Below are positions 19,763 through 29,788 of a stretch of DNA of 61,835 bases, in pieces. The first letter of the stretch is position 1, and every line of letters begins with the position of its first letter. Source of the DNA: Candidatus Micrarchaeota archaeon (GTDB taxonomy: Archaea; Micrarchaeota; Micrarchaeia; Anstonellales; Bilamarchaeaceae); assembly GCA_040753215.1 (NCBI GenBank), contig JBFMEZ010000005.1:1-61835 (forward strand), in the 5' to 3' direction. The translations under genes were made by a program, and so were the position numbers. The notes beneath the pieces are model-generated. The model saw only the letters and a program-made list of their open reading frames with translations, was not told where the DNA came from and searched no databases.

Positions 19763-20745
19763 TGGACTGGATGCAGGTCTCGCTGGTGGTGGTGCTCCTC
19801 TCCTTCTCCCTCTCCGCAGTGATGATAATGCTCTCCCGCCTATTCCAGAACAAGAACCTTGAGCAGTGGGCGAAGGCCGAGATGATATTCGCCTTCTCCA
19901 CCTTCCTCCTGGTGGTGTTCTTCTACGGGCTGTTCAGCTTCGGGCAGGGCCTTCTCCTAAACGCGATGAAGCAGATACTCATCGCCAATTATGCACAGCA
20001 GGGAATGCCGCTGACCATGGACGATTTTGACAGGGCGTTTCCCCTCGGGGAGAACCAGGCGATACTCGGGCTTTCCGAACTCTACATGAACAAGACCTAT
20101 TCCTGCCTCAGGGACATAGGCCGCGTCACCTATGCGCTGGCCTCGCCGCTCTTTTTCGCCGAATCCTTCTCAAAGGACGCGTTCATGACCGATACGGGCA
20201 CGGGCTGGGGCCTTAAGCCGTTCACCCAGACCGCCATGAACATAATCAATTATGTGGTATTCACCGCGTTCCTGTTCCTCGTGTTCCTGCACATACTCAA
20301 ATTCATCTCCGCGTTCGCCCTTCCGGTTTTCTTCCCGGCGGGCATACTGCTGCGCGCCTTCCCGCCGACCCGCGGCGCGGGGGCATACGTGCTCGCCTTC
20401 GTTGCCGGCTTCTATTTCGTGTTCCCCGCGGCCTACCTCCTCGCGGTGAACCTCTCCATGAACCCGTTCTACTGCGGCGTGCCGGAGCCGCCTGCCGCAC
20501 CGGGCATGTGCAACATAAACAGCCCCGGGCAGCCGGAAAAGGTGTTCCTCTGGGCCAACAAGGTCCAGCAGGAGGCGATGTCCGATTTCGAGCAGCTCCG
20601 CAACGCGGTCGCGGGCGTGATGGTGAACCTGCTCTGCCTGCCCTTCATAGCGATGGTGATTACGATGAGCTTCATCCTTTCCTCCACCAACCTGTTCGGC
20701 GCAAATCTGCCCGAAGTAGGCAGGGGCTTCGTGAAGCTCATTTGA
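19759..20745 (+). CDS. multi-pass membrane protein, paralogue 6 of 6
   Basis: EQWAKAEMIF / PAGILLRAFPPTRGAG..FP / GRGFVKLI. Confidence 0.85.
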   Translation: MMDWMQVSLVVVLLSFSLSAVMIMLSRLFQNKNLEQWAKAEMIFAFSTFLLVVFFYGLFSFGQGLLLNAMKQILIANYAQQGMPLTMDDFDRAFPLGENQAILGLSELYMNKTYSCLRDIGRVTYALASPLFFAESFSKDAFMTDTGTGWGLKPFTQTAMNIINYVVFTAFLFLVFLHILKFISAFALPVFFPAGILLRAFPPTRGAGAYVLAFVAGFYFVFPAAYLLAVNLSMNPFYCGVPEPPAAPGMCNINSPGQPEKVFLWANKVQQEAMSDFEQLRNAVAGVMVNLLCLPFIAMVITMSFILSSTNLFGANLPEVGRGFVKLI

Positions 20746-21703
20746 TTATTTCCAGGTGCAAATAGTCCGATTTCTCCGCTCCTGCCAGCAGCATTCCGAT
20801 GTCGTAACCTTCCTCCTCCAGCTTCTTCTCATTCTTTTTTACTTCATCATACGAATAATAGTCCAGCCTGCCTCCAGCTTCCACTTCCCAAAAGTCCTTC
20901 TCCAGCGCCCTCTCCACGTAATCCTTCTGCGCTTCCAATCTTCCGCCCGCGTGCCTTTTCAGGAATGCAAAATCCACATCAACCGTTACCTGCCCCGAGA
21001 ACTCCCGCACAACCGCCGAATTCCATACATTCCTGGGAAGCGCGCGCATCCCCTCCGCGTCCGCGAACCCGTAATCAAAAACATCAATCCATCCGCCCTC
21101 CGCCAGTTTCTTCTTCCATCCCAGCACGCACCCCAATCCAATCTCCGGCACCGGAATCCAATATCCCTCAGGCATCCCCTCCATGAAAGCATGTATATCC
21201 GCATCCAGCCGCGCCTCGAGCTCCAGAAACCCCTCTCCCTCCCTTATCACTTCGAATATGCGCATGCCCCTCCGCACCAGCATCCGCGTGGGCAGGTCAT
21301 CAAGCAATTCGTTCGCCTTTACGCAGTTCGCCTTCCTCATTTTTTTCAAATCCCAGGCGGGCGCCACAACCGTTTCGAAATCAAATCCTTTCAATTTTCC
21401 CGCAGCCCGCTCCACCCCTTTTTCCGAAAAATCCCATAGCACATAGGTTGTGCGCTTCGCAACCTCTTTGTTTCTTCTGCGCAGCGCCTTCAGGAAATTC
21501 GGGGCAAAAGTCCCATCCCCAACCCCGATTTCATAGATGCGCAGCTTCCCCTTCCGCGGCGCCCGCCGCACAAACTCAACCGCATTTGCCTCCGCGAATT
21601 TCAAAGAATGTGCAAACGTCCTAAATGAAGAATATATGCGCCCCTCTTTAGAAGAATAGAACTCAGAATTCCTGCGGCGCTGGAATTCCGCGAAGGTCTC
21701 CAT
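20738..21703 (-). CDS. SAM-dependent methyltransferase, MidA/NDUFAF7-like
   Basis: IYEIGVGDG, ANELLDDLP, FDYG, VTVDVDF. Confidence 0.75.
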   Translation of the reverse strand: METFAEFQRRRNSEFYSSKEGRIYSSFRTFAHSLKFAEANAVEFVRRAPRKGKLRIYEIGVGDGTFAPNFLKALRRRNKEVAKRTTYVLWDFSEKGVERAAGKLKGFDFETVVAPAWDLKKMRKANCVKANELLDDLPTRMLVRRGMRIFEVIREGEGFLELEARLDADIHAFMEGMPEGYWIPVPEIGLGCVLGWKKKLAEGGWIDVFDYGFADAEGMRALPRNVWNSAVVREFSGQVTVDVDFAFLKRHAGGRLEAQKDYVERALEKDFWEVEAGGRLDYYSYDEVKKNEKKLEEEGYDIGMLLAGAEKSDYLHLEIIK

Positions 21704-21735
21704 GTGCGATTTTTCGCAATCCGGCGTTTATAATC

Positions 21736-23973
21736 CTATGCCGCTGCGGCCGCCCCATTCTCCAGGAACAGGTCAGAATACATCCCTACCATTGACGGAT
21801 GGAGATTGAGCTTCTTCAGCTCGAACATTATCGCCTTCCATTCAACTGGCTTCTGGCCCCTGTTCAGCTTGTACGCCTTGAGCTTCCTCATCGACTGGAT
21901 TGCTCCGGAGGTGAGAACCACTTCCGCCGCAAGCGCATCGGCCGCGTCAATCCTTCCGGCGATGTCCTGCCAGCGGTCCTTGTATGAAAGGTTCTCTATA
22001 ATCTTTATGGTTCTTGCGGGGAAAAGCTCGTAATTGTAATCCTCCTCCGTTCTCTTGTTTACCTCCCTGAGGAATTTCGCGCTCTCTAGGTGCAGGTTCA
22101 GCACCGCCCTCTTTATCGCCTCTTCCGCAGGCGTGAATGAAGACTTGTCGCGCCCCAGCCACTGGCCTATGTCGGTAACCCTGCCGCGGTCCCTCCCATT
22201 CTCGCATCCCAGCCTGAGCAATCCGACTTCCCCAAGCAGGGCCGGGAGCACAACGGATTCCGCCAGATAATCGGCCAGCTTGTAATCGTTCAGCCTGCCG
22301 TTCTTGCTGAAAACGCCCCTTCCCACCAAATCCTCCTGCGCCTTCTGCAGGAACTGGTTCCTCTGGTTTCCCCAGTCCTGTTGTATCTCTCCCAGCAGCT
22401 GGAGCGCCATCCCCACCGCCCTGCACGCCTTCTGGTACGCGAAGTCAGGCGAGCCCGTGAGCTGCATCGTCGTCATAAGGTAAGCCGCGACTCCCGGGTT
22501 GAAGTCCGCCCTCGGCGAAATGTAATGTGCGGCGGCCACAGCATCCACGAACTCCTCTATCCTGCTCCTCCCGTCCTCCGCAAGCACATCTCCCTCGAGG
22601 TACATCCTCCTGAACTTGCATGTTTCTGGAGTGGAATCTGCATCATTCGGGAATTGCTTGTATCCCAAAAGCTGGTAAAGGTCTGCGAACGCATCTGCCC
22701 CATACCCCTTCAGGTGGAGCTTGCGCACCTTGTTGTACGCCTCGGTGCTGTAGTCGCTCTCCACCCTCCTCTTTATTTCCCTTATCCCCTTGTCCAGCCC
22801 GAGCAGCTTTACCGCATCAAAATCATCTATCGTTTTGAGGAACGCTGCGTCATGTGCCTCCATCCTGTCCCTGAAAGGAGTCTCGGTCTTCTTTTTGCTA
22901 ATGCCCCTGAGTTCCTCGTCGTCCAGGTTCGGGAGCTCGAACACCTGGTACATTATCTCATAAAGCGTGTGGAGCCTGAAATGGATGTCTATAAGCCTCA
23001 GCAGCTTCTCCTTCCCCTTCTTGGTTTTTTCCTCGCCTTTTGCAGGAGGTGTGCATTCCGAAAGCTCCTTCTCCAGCCTCGCAATCTCGTCTTCGACCAC
23101 GCCAGCCACCCTAACCTTCTTCAGTTCGAAGTAGGGCGCGATGTGCCTCGCGGTCTCCCCGTCCACTATGAGTTCCATCTCCGCAGGAATGCCCGAAAGT
23201 CTCGCCGCGAAGTTCATCTTCTCGCATATAATTGTGCTGCGGATGTCGTTCTTCATTATAGAGACTTCCCCGGTTGCGAGCGAGCCCCTTATCTTCAGCC
23301 TTGAATATATGCTCTTCCCGGTGGTCTTCTCCTCTATGTCAACGAGTCTGTTGTGCACCTCAAAAAGCGCCTTAAGGGTGAGGAGGAACCTGGCTCCTTC
23401 CACCGCGCTCACCTGCGGGTTGTCCTCCGGAGCGGGTATGACCCCGGAAATCGCATCACCCACCAGGGTGTCCCTCATGAACCTGAATATGCCCATCGCT
23501 GCGAGGAAATAAGTGTGCATCACGCGCACAGTCGCGTCCAGCTCTTCCTGGCCCTTGCCCCTCGCGCTTGCCGTGGACCTCGCCTGGTCCACATAGGGTA
23601 TTGTCCCGCGGAACTTCAGCTTGTTGTACTCGTTGGCGGCGTACTCTTCTACTGTGGGCACCTGCGTCTTGTCCGTGCACTTCACGAATAGCTGGAGCCT
23701 CCACACAAACTCGTCCACAGGAGAGCGTATCTCGTCCAGCGAGCGGGGAATCTGTTTCCTGTCCCATTTTGCTGCCCTGCTCTCCACTCTCGCGGGCGCG
23801 TGCGCAAGGAAATCTACGAATCGCCTCCACTCCTTCTCGGGGACATCCGCCCTCCTGGATGCGAGCAGCTTGTCGAACACATCCCTATCCCAGAAGGTAG
23901 CCCTGTGTAGGCCGGGCATCCCGATTGGCCTTTCTCCCGGGTACTGAGGTGCAGTAATCTTTCTTGCGCCCAT
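21736..23973 (-). CDS. class III nucleotide cyclase-like domain fused to a degenerate HD-GYP-like domain
   Basis: IPYVDQARST, LVGDAI, IRGSLATGEV, MNFAARL, LKGY; C-terminal ALLGEVGLL and AAEVVLTSGAIQSM..AY. Confidence 0.6.
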   Translation of the reverse strand: MGARKITAPQYPGERPIGMPGLHRATFWDRDVFDKLLASRRADVPEKEWRRFVDFLAHAPARVESRAAKWDRKQIPRSLDEIRSPVDEFVWRLQLFVKCTDKTQVPTVEEYAANEYNKLKFRGTIPYVDQARSTASARGKGQEELDATVRVMHTYFLAAMGIFRFMRDTLVGDAISGVIPAPEDNPQVSAVEGARFLLTLKALFEVHNRLVDIEEKTTGKSIYSRLKIRGSLATGEVSIMKNDIRSTIICEKMNFAARLSGIPAEMELIVDGETARHIAPYFELKKVRVAGVVEDEIARLEKELSECTPPAKGEEKTKKGKEKLLRLIDIHFRLHTLYEIMYQVFELPNLDDEELRGISKKKTETPFRDRMEAHDAAFLKTIDDFDAVKLLGLDKGIREIKRRVESDYSTEAYNKVRKLHLKGYGADAFADLYQLLGYKQFPNDADSTPETCKFRRMYLEGDVLAEDGRSRIEEFVDAVAAAHYISPRADFNPGVAAYLMTTMQLTGSPDFAYQKACRAVGMALQLLGEIQQDWGNQRNQFLQKAQEDLVGRGVFSKNGRLNDYKLADYLAESVVLPALLGEVGLLRLGCENGRDRGRVTDIGQWLGRDKSSFTPAEEAIKRAVLNLHLESAKFLREVNKRTEEDYNYELFPARTIKIIENLSYKDRWQDIAGRIDAADALAAEVVLTSGAIQSMRKLKAYKLNRGQKPVEWKAIMFELKKLNLHPSMVGMYSDLFLENGAAAAA

Positions 23974-24067
23974 TTCTATCTCACCATTCCTATCTATATA
24001 TTACGACAAAAACCTTAAAAATCCCGCGCAGACGCAGTTTTTTATTCCCTGCCGCCTTATTCCCAGC

Positions 24068-24634
24068 ATGAAGCACCTGAAAAAGTATGTCCTCGACACG
24101 AGCCTATTCGTAAACCCGGCGGCCCGTGCCCCCTTCGGCAATTCCCCGCAGGAGGCGGTTGAGCACTTCGCAACCCTCGCAAGGGATTTCAACGCCAATT
24201 TCTACATGCCCCCCTCCATTTGGAAGGAGCTTTCCAATTTCGCCCCCAACCTGCATCCCCTGGAGGGCGTAGTAAAGAGAAAAGCTCCCAACATTTATTC
24301 CATCCACCTCCCGGCCGCAGTCTTCTACGAATTCATAGATGATGTAAGAGGTAGAGTAAACAAGGGCCTCCGCCTCGCCGAGGAATTCGCAATAGACAAC
24401 CGCCCGGACAACGATGAGAAGCTCCGCCGCCTCCGGGACAAATACCGGGATTCCATGCGCGCAGGGATAGTGGACAGCAAGGAGGATTTCGAGATAGTCC
24501 TTCTCGCATACGAATTGGAGGCCGCAATCGTAACGAGCGATGAGGGAATATTCCACCTCGCAAACAAGGTGGGATGCGAGTGGATAGACGCGGCAAAGTT
24601 CCATGCAGTCCTGCGCAAGAAAAAGAAGGCTTAG
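24068..24634 (+). CDS. RNA-free RNase P (HARP, UPF0278 PIN-domain family)
   Basis: YVLDTS, FYMPPS, RVNKGLRLAEE, GIVDSKEDFE, TSDEG. Confidence 0.88.
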   Translation: MKHLKKYVLDTSLFVNPAARAPFGNSPQEAVEHFATLARDFNANFYMPPSIWKELSNFAPNLHPLEGVVKRKAPNIYSIHLPAAVFYEFIDDVRGRVNKGLRLAEEFAIDNRPDNDEKLRRLRDKYRDSMRAGIVDSKEDFEIVLLAYELEAAIVTSDEGIFHLANKVGCEWIDAAKFHAVLRKKKKA

Positions 24635-24673
24635 TCCTGTTCTGGAAACCGGGAACCGATAACTGGGAACTGG

Positions 24674-25723
24674 TCAATCTTCCTGCGGATGCCCCTCCAG
24701 CGCCCTCCTCATCCTTCTGGTCCCTTCCTTATGCATTTTTGTGAAATTTATCTCGTAAAATCCGCCCTTTTTCTTATTTCCATTTACCCTTATCTCCACC
24801 TCCTTCCCCATCCCGCCAAGAATCCTGTCCCAGGTGCGCAAATCCCGCACCCTTATCCTGTATTTCTCCTCCACCCTCCCCTCGGCAAGCGCATCCAGAA
24901 GCCCGGAATAGAGCGCCTCCCCCAGTACCCTCACATACCTTTCCTTCCCAAGCCCAAGCTCCCGCAGGGAAACCGCAGACCTGAAAACCCTCTGCTTCAT
25001 GAACCCCGAGGGCATGTCAAAAATCTGCGCTGAGTTCTCCATCAGGTCGTTTATGTCCGAAGAGGGAGTCACGTGCTTTATGATTTCCCTTTCCGCGCCC
25101 AGGCCCCTGAGGACCATCCCTTCCTTCCCTTCCCTGTCCAGTTTCCTCGCCGCCTCCCTCAGTTTCCCGATCTCGCCGCGCCTGAACCTCCCGATAAGCG
25201 GCACGGAGGCCAGCCCATATTTCCTGCAAATCTCCCTCCTTTCCAGCGGAGGGGTAAATTCGCCCCGTTCATCAATAATGTCGAATACGAAAAACCTCAC
25301 GTCATACTCGTCCGTGGGCGGGGTGTGCGGCGTGTTCCCGGCCATCTCCCCGCACAAAACCCAGCCCGGCTTCTCCGCAAAGAATTTCCAGGCCGCCTTC
25401 TCCTCCATGAGTTTCTCTTTTGCAAAATAATCCGCATAGCCCCCGCGCGAAAAGCAATAGAGCTTCCCTTCATGCAGCACGGCCCTTATGTTGTATCCGT
25501 CTATCTTCTCTTCCGCGATGAATTCCGGAGAAGAGATGTTCCTCCCAACCCCCTTCCCCAGCACAAATACCCTTTTTATTTTCGGATACCCGGGAACCAC
25601 CCGTTCCCCAATAACGACTGTCCCGCGCGGCACCCCTCCCACTTTTTCCGAGAAGCGGAGGAATCCCTCGTGCTCAACTACCCTTTTGCTTTTTAGCGCC
25701 TTCTTTAGCTTTTCCTCCAACAT
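24674..25723 (-). CDS. ATP-dependent RNA ligase (Rnl3/Pab1020 family)
   Basis: GYPKIKR, EEKIDGYN, SRGG, LCGE, FFVFDI, EGMVL. Confidence 0.88.
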   Translation of the reverse strand: MLEEKLKKALKSKRVVEHEGFLRFSEKVGGVPRGTVVIGERVVPGYPKIKRVFVLGKGVGRNISSPEFIAEEKIDGYNIRAVLHEGKLYCFSRGGYADYFAKEKLMEEKAAWKFFAEKPGWVLCGEMAGNTPHTPPTDEYDVRFFVFDIIDERGEFTPPLERREICRKYGLASVPLIGRFRRGEIGKLREAARKLDREGKEGMVLRGLGAEREIIKHVTPSSDINDLMENSAQIFDMPSGFMKQRVFRSAVSLRELGLGKERYVRVLGEALYSGLLDALAEGRVEEKYRIRVRDLRTWDRILGGMGKEVEIRVNGNKKKGGFYEINFTKMHKEGTRRMRRALEGHPQED

Positions 25724-27068
25724 CCCCACCTTCCTTCCTGCCCTTCTCCCCTTCCCCTCCGCCGGGCGCCTTTTCTTCCCCGCCTTTCCCCAATCTCGCC
25801 TCCACCTCTTCCTCAATCCTTTGCGCTTCCCTTTCCTTCGCCTCATCCATCCGCCTCAATACGAATACCCCGATCGCGGTAAGCACCACGCTAACCACAA
25901 TCACGACGAAGGAGATTTCCATGAAGAGGTTTGCCTGCGCATAAAGCGAATTAAATACATTCGCAGGAATTGCGCTCTGGCTCTCGAGCAGCACCATCAC
26001 AGGATAGCTCCCCATCACCGCAGCGGCCAGCCCCCTGGGCATGAACACGTTTATGTACTTGTTGTACTGGGAGATGTCGCTCCCGAAAGTTGCTATCTTG
26101 GTGGAAGCAACCCTTGCAACTATGAGCCCTGCCATTACCGCAAGCCCGACCAGGATGGAGTTTATGCTCCCGAACACGACCAGGCTCCCCAGATACACGA
26201 AATAGAATACGCGCACAAGGAAGCCGATCTCGTTCTGGAACGCGAACAGCTGCGTCCCCTCCGCGACTTCCCTGAATTTCAGCATATGCCCTATCTCCTT
26301 GTAATTCCCGAGCATAACCCCGAATACAAGCGCGGCAATCGCCCCGCTGCCCCCGAAATATTCCGCGAATATGTAGGAGAAAAGGAGTATCGCAAGCGTG
26401 AGCATGTAGAAGAAATTAATCTGCCTCAGCTTTTCGCTGGCTGCAATCCATATGAGGCCGAGGATGCCGCCAATCATTCCCCCTATCGAAAAGCTTCCCA
26501 GTATCTCCTTCCCGGTCCCCTGCACGGTTGCGCTCTGTGTTATTATCATGCTCATGAGCGAGATTGTGAGCACCACCGCAAGCACGTCGGTGAGGGAGGA
26601 GTCTATAAGCACGAACTGCCTCGCCTTGTCGCTTATCTTCATCCCGCCCACTATCGCCATCACCATCGTGGAGGTGGTTCCCCCCACTATAGCCCCAAGC
26701 ACCGCGCCCATCATGAAATCGTACCCGAGCGCAACCCATATCGCCCCTGTGGCCAGGATGGAAAATACGGTGACCAGCACGGCCATCAGCACCCCCCTGC
26801 TCCCCTCGTGGATGAGCTGGTAGATGTTCATCCTCATCCCGCCGTCAAAAAGCAAAATAACAAGCGCAAGCGGCCCCACTATATAGCTCAGGCTCCTGAG
26901 CGTCTCCACGTCCAGCTGGTGCATCACCGGCCCCAGCATGTAGCCCAGCGCAAGAAGCAGAAGCACTGATGGTATGCCAAGCCTCCTGAATATCAGTTCC
27001 CCGACAAAGCCCGCAAAGATTATTCCGGATATAAGCCCGAATGTGATTAAGGTTTCTATCCCAGCCAT
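25674..27068 (-). CDS. cation:proton antiporter (CPA1/NhaP-like)
   Basis: LVILLFDGG, DSSLTD, MPRGLAAAV; about 12 TM helices. Confidence 0.88.
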   Translation of the reverse strand: MAGIETLITFGLISGIIFAGFVGELIFRRLGIPSVLLLLALGYMLGPVMHQLDVETLRSLSYIVGPLALVILLFDGGMRMNIYQLIHEGSRGVLMAVLVTVFSILATGAIWVALGYDFMMGAVLGAIVGGTTSTMVMAIVGGMKISDKARQFVLIDSSLTDVLAVVLTISLMSMIITQSATVQGTGKEILGSFSIGGMIGGILGLIWIAASEKLRQINFFYMLTLAILLFSYIFAEYFGGSGAIAALVFGVMLGNYKEIGHMLKFREVAEGTQLFAFQNEIGFLVRVFYFVYLGSLVVFGSINSILVGLAVMAGLIVARVASTKIATFGSDISQYNKYINVFMPRGLAAAVMGSYPVMVLLESQSAIPANVFNSLYAQANLFMEISFVVIVVSVVLTAIGVFVLRRMDEAKEREAQRIEEEVEARLGKGGEEKAPGGGEGEKGRKEGGDVGGKAKEGAKKQKGS

Positions 27069-27144
27069 CAAATCGCCTGAACCTCATGGCCGCACCCCGC
27101 GGCCATCCCGCTACTTTCTCCTATCACAAAGGCGACCATAAGGT

Positions 27145-27657
27145 TCACCAAGGGACCGCCTTCAGCCCGAACCTGTTCGCAGCGGCGTTCGTAGCCATGT
27201 GCAGCAAATAGGAGAGCACTATTATAAAGATGACCATCTCCGGGGAATAGAGCGCAGAGGAGACCGGGTAGGCGAGCAGCAGCCCCACGACCACGAACCC
27301 GAGCTGGTCCAGGAAGAACGGCTTTCCCGGCTCAATCCCCATCCTCCTCTTCACAAAGCTCCCCAGCGCATCCCCCACCAGGGCCCCGAGGGAGAGAAGG
27401 AAGCCCGAAAGGTACTGCGCCCATGCGCCCCCGAATGCGGGAAGCGGGGCGTACAGCGCCAGAACCCCTCCCGCAACCGTCCCGGCGGCAACTCCTCCCA
27501 CGAATCCCCTTACGGTTTTCGCATCGCCCAGGATTCTCCTGCCGTCCGTGAATTTCGCCCCGGAATCCAGCGGCTGCCCGCCCCCGAGCAGCACGGGCGC
27601 TGCGTTCGCCACGTAGCCCGGGATTATGAACAGGATTATCGCGAGCAGGTCCATCAT
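27145..27657 (-). CDS. carS: CDP-archaeol synthase
   Basis: PGYVANAAP, DGRRILGDAKT, GDALGSFVKRR, LDQL, C-terminal VPW. Confidence 0.92.
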   Translation of the reverse strand: MMDLLAIILFIIPGYVANAAPVLLGGGQPLDSGAKFTDGRRILGDAKTVRGFVGGVAAGTVAGGVLALYAPLPAFGGAWAQYLSGFLLSLGALVGDALGSFVKRRMGIEPGKPFFLDQLGFVVVGLLLAYPVSSALYSPEMVIFIIVLSYLLHMATNAAANRFGLKAVPW

Positions 27658-27660
27658 CCT

Positions 27661-28617
27661 TCACCTGTACTCCAGCCTGTACCCCCCGCCCTGCGCCCCA
27701 ATCCCGCCAAGCAGGCCCTTCGCATTGAACAGCCCTGCCTCGGTGCTGCTCACGTCTATCGCGCAGACCGGCACATCTCCTTCGTATCCAATCCCGCCCA
27801 GCTCGGCGGCTTTTGCGAGCGCGTCCTCCCTGCTCCCCAGCGCGTCCACCAGCCCTGCACTAAGGGCCATCCTGCCCGTGAGCACCCTCCCGTCCGTAAC
27901 CTCCCAGAACATGGTCTGGTTTATCTTCCCGCCCCTGTGCTCGAGGACCACGGACTTGAATTCCTCAAACGTCTCGTTCACCGCCTCCCCCAGCAGCGCC
28001 TTCTCCTCACCGGTCATGTTCCTGAAGGGGGTCCCCATGTCCTTCAGCTCGCCGCTTGCTATCGAGACCTCATTCACGCCGATCTTGCTGAAAAGCCCTT
28101 CCATCTCGTATGCGGTCATTATCACCCCTATGCTCCCCGTGAGCGCATTCGGCTCGGAGATTATGTAGTCGGCAGGGGTGGAGATGTAATACGCACCCGA
28201 CGCGGCCGCCTCCCTGAAATATGCGACCTTCGGCTTCTCCAGGCCGTTGACCGCCCGGTATATCTCGTTGGTCGCAACCACGCTTCCGCCCGGGGAATTC
28301 ACCACGAACAGCACCGCCCCCACGTCATCCCTCGAGTCTATCTTCCCTATCCTCCTCGCAACGTCGTAGGAGCCGGCCATGCCCTCTGAAAAAAGCGATG
28401 CGGGAGCCTCCTCGGTCGTGATGGGCCCGCTTATCTCCACCACGCCCACGCACTTCCCGAACGGGACGTTCGCGCCTTTCGAGAGTGCGAGCAGCCCGAA
28501 CAGCATGAGGAATATGAAGCCCAGCGAGAGGAAGATGACCATTATATAGAGGAAATAGTTCCTCTTCCCGCCCTTTTCCGCCTCAGCCTTTCTCCGGTAA
28601 GGAATCTCTTCTGCCAT
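27661..28617 (-). CDS. sppA: signal peptide peptidase SppA (S49)
   Basis: NSPGGS, AASGAYY, TGSIGV, GLVDALG; N-terminal TM. Confidence 0.92.
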   Translation of the reverse strand: MAEEIPYRRKAEAEKGGKRNYFLYIMVIFLSLGFIFLMLFGLLALSKGANVPFGKCVGVVEISGPITTEEAPASLFSEGMAGSYDVARRIGKIDSRDDVGAVLFVVNSPGGSVVATNEIYRAVNGLEKPKVAYFREAAASGAYYISTPADYIISEPNALTGSIGVIMTAYEMEGLFSKIGVNEVSIASGELKDMGTPFRNMTGEEKALLGEAVNETFEEFKSVVLEHRGGKINQTMFWEVTDGRVLTGRMALSAGLVDALGSREDALAKAAELGGIGYEGDVPVCAIDVSSTEAGLFNAKGLLGGIGAQGGGYRLEYR

Positions 28618-28677
28618 GGGCACTATTCAATAATAAAGGTTAAATAAGGATTATGCCCAAATCCCACCGGTCTAATC

Positions 28678-29757
28678 ATGCAGGAAGAAAACATCCAGTT
28701 TGAATCCGGCTCATCCTTCTACAACCCTCACATGAAATTATGCAGGTCCATTTCCTCCCTTGCAGTCGGCGCAATAGAGGGGGAAATAGAAATATGCGAC
28801 GGCTTCTCCTCCACAGGCATAAGGGGAATACGATATGCCAAAGAAAACCCCAACGTTTCGCATGTTTCTTTCGTTGAATTTGATAAAAACGCAGCCGCGC
28901 TATGCAGAAAGAACATCTCCTCCAACTCCGTAAAGGGCGAGCTCTTTGAAGAGGACTTCAACCATCATCTTATGGGCCGTTCCTACAATCTGGTGGAACT
29001 GGACCCCTTCGGCTCGCCGGCCCCCTACTCCCATTTCGCAATCCGTTCCTTCCGGAGGATGAAAAGTGGCTACGTCTCCGCCACCGCGACCGACACAGCG
29101 GTCCTTTGCGGCGCGCACCATGCCGCCTGCCTCAAATACTACCATTCCCGCCCCCTTCACAATGAATTATGCCACGAAGCGGGCGCAAGAATCCTGCTGA
29201 AGCATTTCGCAGGCCTCGCCTCGGAATTCGATTTCGGGATGGTCCCCCTCTTCACGCTCTCCCACAGGCATTTCTTCAAAATCTTCCTCCGCCTGGAAAA
29301 AGGCGCGGAAAAAGCAGTGAATAATGAGAAAAGCATCGGCTACATAAACTTCTGCCCTAAATGCCTCTGGATGGAAGGGGCCCCGATTCCAAAGGAAAAA
29401 TGCCCCAGGTGCAAATCCAGAACAGAATACGGCGGCCCGCTCTGGCTCGGGAATCTGCACTCAAAGGAGCACGTGATGAAGATGGCAAAACTGAATGAGG
29501 AGCGCAGTTACAGGGATAAAGCCGAAATAGGAAAGCTCCTCTCGCTTATGCATGCGGAAGATGATTTCCCGCCCTACTTCTTCGATGTGCACAGGAGCTG
29601 CAGGCGTTTTGGGCTGCGCAACCCTAAACCGATAGAAGAGATAATCGCGGCCCTGAAAAAGAGGAAATATTCCGCTTCCCGCACCCATTTCTCCCCCACG
29701 GGGATAAGGACAGATGCGCCGGCTTCCGTTTTCAGGAAGCTCATCAGCTCCAAATAA
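28678..29757 (+). CDS. trm1: tRNA (guanine-26-N2)-dimethyltransferase
   Basis: FYNP, TGIRGIRY, LDPFGSP, TATDTAVLCG, GPLWLG, THFSPTGIRTDAP. Confidence 0.93.
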   Translation: MQEENIQFESGSSFYNPHMKLCRSISSLAVGAIEGEIEICDGFSSTGIRGIRYAKENPNVSHVSFVEFDKNAAALCRKNISSNSVKGELFEEDFNHHLMGRSYNLVELDPFGSPAPYSHFAIRSFRRMKSGYVSATATDTAVLCGAHHAACLKYYHSRPLHNELCHEAGARILLKHFAGLASEFDFGMVPLFTLSHRHFFKIFLRLEKGAEKAVNNEKSIGYINFCPKCLWMEGAPIPKEKCPRCKSRTEYGGPLWLGNLHSKEHVMKMAKLNEERSYRDKAEIGKLLSLMHAEDDFPPYFFDVHRSCRRFGLRNPKPIEEIIAALKKRKYSASRTHFSPTGIRTDAPASVFRKLISSK

Positions 29758-29788
29758 CCCTTATATTCCTTATCATCTTTATCCATCC

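Noticed and set aside
27145..27657. CarS as a novelty
   Set aside because: It is a standard archaeal lipid gene and one gene says little about pathway completeness.
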